Below, one piece after another: positions 59,150 to 64,000 of a stretch of DNA of 64,000 bases (its first letter is position 1; every line of letters starts with the position of its first letter). Where the stretch lies: contig CAYOCB010000019.1 of NCBI GenBank assembly GCA_964402355.1, positions 9,684 to 73,683 of the forward strand. The letters run 5' to 3'. The stretch comes from an uncultured Lacrimispora sp. Lineage in GTDB: Bacteria; Bacillota; Clostridia; Lachnospirales; Lachnospiraceae. The translations under genes and the position numbers were made by a program. The notes beneath the pieces were generated by a model. It was not told the origin of the DNA. It saw only the letters and a list, made by a program, of their open reading frames with translations, and did no database searches.

Positions 59150-59932
59150 CTATAAAGACGTTTTTAAATGGTTCATATAGATGTCCCGAATTGCTGCATA
59201 TTCACCAATACCACGTACAATGCATTCAGGGAAATATCCTTCACTGCTTAACTTTGATACGAACGAGTCTTTCCTGTTTCCGGCCATATCATGATTGGCA
59301 TGGTCTCCTGCAACAAGCATAAATGGAGTAACCAGAACTCTTCCCCTGCTTTCTGATTCTGTTTTCATACGTCTGATGATCGTATCGATCCGAATACTTC
59401 CCTCTACCGTAGCCATATATATTCTGCAGCCGGAATATTTTCTTATTTCATTCTCCAGCCGCGTATAACTCGAATCTGATAAGTGGGTTGTCCCATGTCC
59501 CATCAAAACAACCGGATCCTTCTGCGCTGCCTTCTTTAATTCATCCCACAATGCTTTTGCTACGGAACGGTAATCTTCCTCACTGCTTAATAAAGGCTCG
59601 GAAACGGTAATCTTTGAAAACATAGAAGCACATGTATCCGCAGCTTCTTTTACCAGATTATTCTCTATACCATCAATCACATGGGTTGACAATACAGTAA
59701 CATCTGCCATTCCATCCTCTTTCATCCGGACAAGTGCCTGTTTGATATCAGGAACCTGAATATTATATTTTTCTGATAAGACCTTTCTTACCTGATTGCT
59801 GGAAAATGCCTGATAAACCTGATAATCTGGCATTGCACCCTTTACCTGTTCAGCGATTTTATCGATATTTTTTTTCCTTGTATCTTTATATGTAGTTCCG
59901 AAGCTGGCAATTAATATCCCTTTTTCCCCCAC
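59150..59932 (-). CDS. cbiK: Sirohydrochlorin cobaltochelatase
   Basis: SFGT, MGHGT, TVEG, PFMLVAGDHA..DMAG, G.GE. Confidence 0.93.
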   Translation of the reverse strand: MGEKGILIASFGTTYKDTRKKNIDKIAEQVKGAMPDYQVYQAFSSNQVRKVLSEKYNIQVPDIKQALVRMKEDGMADVTVLSTHVIDGIENNLVKEAADTCASMFSKITVSEPLLSSEEDYRSVAKALWDELKKAAQKDPVVLMGHGTTHLSDSSYTRLENEIRKYSGCRIYMATVEGSIRIDTIIRRMKTESESRGRVLVTPFMLVAGDHANHDMAGNRKDSFVSKLSSEGYFPECIVRGIGEYAAIRDIYMNHLKTSL

Positions 59933-59990
59933 TGGTACCTCCTTCTTATTCTGCGGCGGCTGTCTATAAGTAAACGATTGTATCCCTACA

Positions 59991-60974
59991 CTATCCTATG
60001 ATTCCCTTATCCATACATAACGCCAGTTCCTCAGCGTAATAAGTAATATAAATATCCGCTCCTGCACGATATGCGCTGACAGCAGTTTCACACATCATCT
60101 TTTCCTCATCGACCCATCCATTTAACGCTGCTGCTTTTATCATGGAATATTCACCGCTCACGCTATAGGCTGCAATTGGAACCTTCGTCATAGCTTTAGC
60201 CGTATGGATAAGATCCCCATATGTCATGGAAGGTTTTATCATGATAATATCTGCTCCTTCCTCTAAATCAAGCAGCACTTCCTTCATGGCTTCTCTTCCA
60301 TTGTGATAATCCATCTGATATGATTTTCTGTCACCAAATGCCGGAGCTGAATCTGCCGCTTCCCGAAACGGTCCATAAAATGCGGATGCGAACTTAGCAG
60401 AATAAGACATGATCGGTGTATTTATGGAACCATTGGCGTCAAGATATTTTCGAATACCTAAAATCCTGCCATCCATCATATCTGATGGGGCTATCATATC
60501 TGCGCCTGCCTGAACCTGGCTTAATGCAATCTTTGCCAGCATCTCCACTGTTTTGTCATTGTCTACGTAGTCCCCGCAGAGGATACCGCAATGTCCATGT
60601 GATGTGTATTCACACATACACACATCCCCTATCATATACATATCCGGACAGACCTCTTTTGCCTTCCTGAGACCTTTCTGTATAATACCATCCTGCGCAT
60701 ATGCCTCACTTCCCATTTCATCCTTATGCTGCGGAATTCCGAATAACATAATCTGCCGGATTCCTTTGCTGTGCAGCTCAATCAGTTTCTCTTCCATCAT
60801 GTCTACACTATAACGATACTGACCCGGCATGGAAAGTATCTCTTCTTTTCTATGACTGCCTTCTGCCACGAACATTGGATAGATCAGGGAAGACTTATCC
60901 ATTCTGGTCTCCCTGACCATCTTCCGCATCGTCTCACTTGTCCTTAATCTTCTTGGTCTTTGTAATAAATCCAT
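59991..60974 (-). CDS. hemB: Porphobilinogen synthase
   Basis: RPRRLR, C.CEYTSHGHCG, APSDMMDGR, FYGPFREAA.S, VSGEY. Confidence 0.97.
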   Translation of the reverse strand: MDLLQRPRRLRTSETMRKMVRETRMDKSSLIYPMFVAEGSHRKEEILSMPGQYRYSVDMMEEKLIELHSKGIRQIMLFGIPQHKDEMGSEAYAQDGIIQKGLRKAKEVCPDMYMIGDVCMCEYTSHGHCGILCGDYVDNDKTVEMLAKIALSQVQAGADMIAPSDMMDGRILGIRKYLDANGSINTPIMSYSAKFASAFYGPFREAADSAPAFGDRKSYQMDYHNGREAMKEVLLDLEEGADIIMIKPSMTYGDLIHTAKAMTKVPIAAYSVSGEYSMIKAAALNGWVDEEKMMCETAVSAYRAGADIYITYYAEELALCMDKGIIG

Positions 60975-61024
60975 ATTCAGCCTCTTTTCTTTTACGGGTA
61001 TATAATTCCTGGGTTGTATTCTGC

Positions 61025-62542
61025 TTACGCCATCATTTCCGATACTCTGACCACTTCATCCACCAGACTTTCAATGGTAGCTTCTTTTGATACATAAGTC
61101 TTCATCCCAAGTTCATCCGCTGCTTTTTGGGTCTGTTTTCCGATACAGACTGCACGCACCTTCCTGTATTCCATGTCATCAGTAACTATAGAAAAACCTT
61201 TCACTGTGGAGGCACTGGTAAATACTGTAATTATATTGTCAGAATCCGGTATCCGGCTAATAAGTTCATAGGGTTCTTTCTTTGTATAAATGGTTTCATA
61301 TATCGGAACATCATCGATTACCACAGAATTTACTTTCTGCATTTCTTCCACCAGCTCCTGTCCGCCTTCTTTTGCTCTTAAAATGAGGACATGATCACCT
61401 TCCTGTAACTGTTCTGCCATTATCTTCCCAAGTTCTTTTCCCTCATACTTTTCCGGCATGACATCTACCATGATTCCCCTTTTTTCCAGTTCATGTTTTG
61501 TTGCTTTGCCGATTGCAGCAACTTTTGCGTGAACTAATTTTCGGATATCTATTTTATCATTAATTAATTTATCAAATAAAATATTGACTCCGGATGGGCT
61601 TGTGAATACTAGCCAGCAATACTCTTCCAATTGATTGACTGCCTTATTATATTTGTCGTTTTTTTTAATCTCAGCTGTACGGATTGCAGGAATTTCCAAT
61701 ACTTCTGCGCCTAAATCTCTTAATCGATCTGACAATACACCACTTCGGTCTTTTGGTCTTGTAACAACTATCCGTTTTCCAGACAGGGGCAGTTTTTCAT
61801 ACCATTCAAAATCTTTTGATAAACCACATACATTTCCGATCACAATAATAGCCGGTTTTCTGATTCCTTCTTCCTCAATTCTTGATTCCAGAGTACCGAC
61901 TGTTGCAACGATTCTTTTTTGATAAGAGGTGGTGCCCTGTGCCAGAACAGCGGCCGGCATATCTTTCTTCATTCCTGCATGGATAAAGCCATTACAAATA
62001 TCCGGAAGAGCACTGACACCCATTAAGAATACAAAGGTTCCCTTTATTTTATTGAGTGATTCAAAATCAATATCCAATGGCTCATCCTTTTTCTTATGAC
62101 CCGTTATAATATGTACAGAAGAACAGTAATCCCGATGGGTAACCGGAATGCCATTATAAGCTGGAACTGCAATTGCCGATGGAATTCCAGGAATTATTTC
62201 ATATGGAATGTTCTCCTTTAATAATTCTTCAACCTCTTCCCCGCCTCTTCCAAAAAGAAATGGATCTCCGCCTTTCAATCGGACAACCCGTTTCCCCTGC
62301 TTTGCATATCTGACAAGTGTTTGATTAATAGTTTCCTGAGTCATTGTATGATGACTGGCTCGTTTGCCAACATATACGATCTCAGCATTCGCAGGAATAT
62401 GCGTAAGTATTGCATCTCCAACCAATGCATCATAGACAACCACTTGTGAATTTTCCAAAATTTTCAGACCTTTCACCGTTAACAGTCCTTCATCCCCAGG
62501 TCCCGCACCAACCAGCCAGACTTTACCAGTTTTCATTCGCAT
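61025..62542 (-). CDS. cobA: Uroporphyrinogen-III C-methyltransferase / uroporphyrinogen-III synthase fusion (CobA-HemD)
   Basis: LVGAGPGD, RLKGGDPF.FGRGGEE; then VTRP, FTS..GV, FTS.STV; alternative start 62536. Confidence 0.95.
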   Translation of the reverse strand: MRMKTGKVWLVGAGPGDEGLLTVKGLKILENSQVVVYDALVGDAILTHIPANAEIVYVGKRASHHTMTQETINQTLVRYAKQGKRVVRLKGGDPFLFGRGGEEVEELLKENIPYEIIPGIPSAIAVPAYNGIPVTHRDYCSSVHIITGHKKKDEPLDIDFESLNKIKGTFVFLMGVSALPDICNGFIHAGMKKDMPAAVLAQGTTSYQKRIVATVGTLESRIEEEGIRKPAIIVIGNVCGLSKDFEWYEKLPLSGKRIVVTRPKDRSGVLSDRLRDLGAEVLEIPAIRTAEIKKNDKYNKAVNQLEEYCWLVFTSPSGVNILFDKLINDKIDIRKLVHAKVAAIGKATKHELEKRGIMVDVMPEKYEGKELGKIMAEQLQEGDHVLILRAKEGGQELVEEMQKVNSVVIDDVPIYETIYTKKEPYELISRIPDSDNIITVFTSASTVKGFSIVTDDMEYRKVRAVCIGKQTQKAADELGMKTYVSKEATIESLVDEVVRVSEMMA

Positions 62543-63429
62543 TTACCTTCCTCTAATTTGTTCTTCAGTTCCACAGCAAGCCTGATTCCTAAGCTTTCAG
62601 CCTCCAGAACAGGTCCGCTTATGGTTCCTGTAATATAGTCACTGGATACCATTTCATCATAATAGATTCCCTGAATCTTAAGCATCCCATTTTCAATATG
62701 CGAATATGCTCCAATTGGTGATGAACAGCCTCCATTTAAATACTTCACAAATGCTCGTTCACTGATTGCTTCATAATAAGCTTCCTGATCTAAAAAACCC
62801 TGGACATAGGAGTAATCTTCCCCCTTTTTCCCTTGTAATGCCAATATTCCCTGGCCAGCTGACGGAACAACCTGTGAAGCAGGAAAATACCTGCTGATTC
62901 TATCCTCCAGTCCCAGTCTCTTAAGACCTGCAGCTGCAAGAATCAATGCTCCATACTGACCTTCATCCAATTTGCGAAGTCTGGTCAGTACATTTCCCCT
63001 GACACTTTCAAAGACAGCATGGGGGATTAGTTTCTGTACCTGTATCACTCTTCTTTTACTGGAGCATCCGATTGGTTTTGACAGATCCAGTTCCTTCACA
63101 TTATCAGGTAATACGAGGACATCTCTGGGATCCTCTCTTCTCGAATAGCCAATAACGGGGAGATCATCCGGTATTTCCATAGGCATATCTTTCAGACTAT
63201 GTACTGACAGATCACTTCTGTTATCACGTAATGCAGTATCCAGCTCTTTCACAAATAGTCCCTTGCCGCCAATCTGGTCAAGAGTCCGGTCAAGGATCCT
63301 ATCTCCGGTCGTCTTCATCTTTACAATTTCAACTTGTATATCATAACAGCTTTCAATGTATTCTTTCACCATTTCTGACTGAATGACTGCAAGCTTACTG
63401 TCCCTGCTTCCTATGCGAATTGTTTTCAT
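62533..63429 (-). CDS. hemC: Hydroxymethylbilane synthase
   Basis: IGSR.SKLA..Q, GGKGLFVKEL, VHSLKD, RGNV.TRL.KL, GGCS.PIG. Confidence 0.97.
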   Translation of the reverse strand: MKTIRIGSRDSKLAVIQSEMVKEYIESCYDIQVEIVKMKTTGDRILDRTLDQIGGKGLFVKELDTALRDNRSDLSVHSLKDMPMEIPDDLPVIGYSRREDPRDVLVLPDNVKELDLSKPIGCSSKRRVIQVQKLIPHAVFESVRGNVLTRLRKLDEGQYGALILAAAGLKRLGLEDRISRYFPASQVVPSAGQGILALQGKKGEDYSYVQGFLDQEAYYEAISERAFVKYLNGGCSSPIGAYSHIENGMLKIQGIYYDEMVSSDYITGTISGPVLEAESLGIRLAVELKNKLEEGKCE

Positions 63430-63485
63430 ATATTCCTCCCTGACTCTTATCCCTTCCTTACTTTTGCTTTGTTATTTCAAAACAG

Positions 63486-64000
63486 TTACTGCTGCTCTTT
63501 CAGAATAACCAGTGAATAGTACCCCGCATGTTCATTCATTTGACCGGCACCATAGGTTAGCTTTTCATTTTCTGTTCCGCAATTTTCTACCATGTATATT
63601 TCTCCTCTTTCATTGACCAGCTTTTCCTTAAGAAGTGACATGGTACTGCCGGCTTTCATGAAAACCCTGGTTCCCTCCATCTTTAATGCTTCGTCTACCT
63701 GATAACTCGCAGGAATAATATGCAGCTGTTCTGACTTTTCTGTCAATGAAATATTTAATCTGGCTGCGGCAGCACAGAAAGATGGAATTCCATTTACTAT
63801 TTCTGCTGCATACCCTTTTTCAATTATACCTTTATGAATATATATATAGGTGGAGTAAACGGTCGGATCACCCAGTGTCAGGAATGCTATATCCCGGCCA
63901 GTATCCAGAATCTTTATAATTTTATGGATTCCCTCTGCATGAGAACGATTCAGCTCCTTTGTATCTTTTGTCATTGGCATATAGATGGTCAGACATTCTT
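63486..64000 (-). CDS. cbiL: Cobalt-precorrin-2 C20-methyltransferase (5' end outside window)
   Basis: PM, FLTLGDP..YST, GI.SF.AAAA, MK, YYS. Confidence 0.88.
   Translation of the reverse strand, partial: ECLTIYMPMTKDTKELNRSHAEGIHKIIKILDTGRDIAFLTLGDPTVYSTYIYIHKGIIEKGYAAEIVNGIPSFCAAAARLNISLTEKSEQLHIIPASYQVDEALKMEGTRVFMKAGSTMSLLKEKLVNERGEIYMVENCGTENEKLTYGAGQMNEHAGYYSLVILKEQQ

Noticed and set aside
1245..61922. Numerous 60-146 aa ORFs antisense to or nested in annotated genes
   Set aside because: Shadow ORFs of well-supported genes with no recognisable motifs.
44817..64000. Cobalamin riboswitch, and apparent absence of hemA/hemL
   Set aside because: The operon's 5' end lies beyond the window, so neither can be judged.

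Overview
Chromosomal window from an AT-rich anaerobic Clostridia-class bacterium (Lachnospiraceae-like; taxon inferred from gene style only). Left to right: (1) an NrtR-regulated NAD salvage operon (nrtR-pncA-pncB-nadD-nadE) beside an ssb remnant; (2) a small accessory island with a PG-binding/phage-tail-lysozyme gene between two lipoproteins; (3) a cobamide-dependent N-demethylation cluster with three non-pyrrolysine MttB-family methyltransferases, two near-identical corrinoid proteins, a BCCT transporter, a RamA/RACo activator, an MtaA/URO-D-family protein fused to a CxxC thioredoxin-like domain, a hydantoinase-A-like protein, a DUF5714-like protein, a Cys-rich small protein, a stand-alone lipoyl domain, a CobW GTPase and two paralogous XRE regulators; (4) a group IIC intron shell inserted after a terminator, whose RT ORF is almost entirely gone and which now encloses an antisense GH23 chitinase-like gene; (5) a Liv-type ABC transporter; (6) a glycine-riboswitch-controlled glycine cleavage operon with lplA and lpdA, divergent from glyA; (7) an anaerobic cobalamin/tetrapyrrole operon running off the right edge. 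Most notable: the cargo-carrying intron shell, the methyl-transfer module with no THF-methylating MT2 in the window but with thiol/lipoyl partners, and an unrecognised attenuator leader upstream of the BCCT-mttB operon. All family calls are by motif recognition, not database search.
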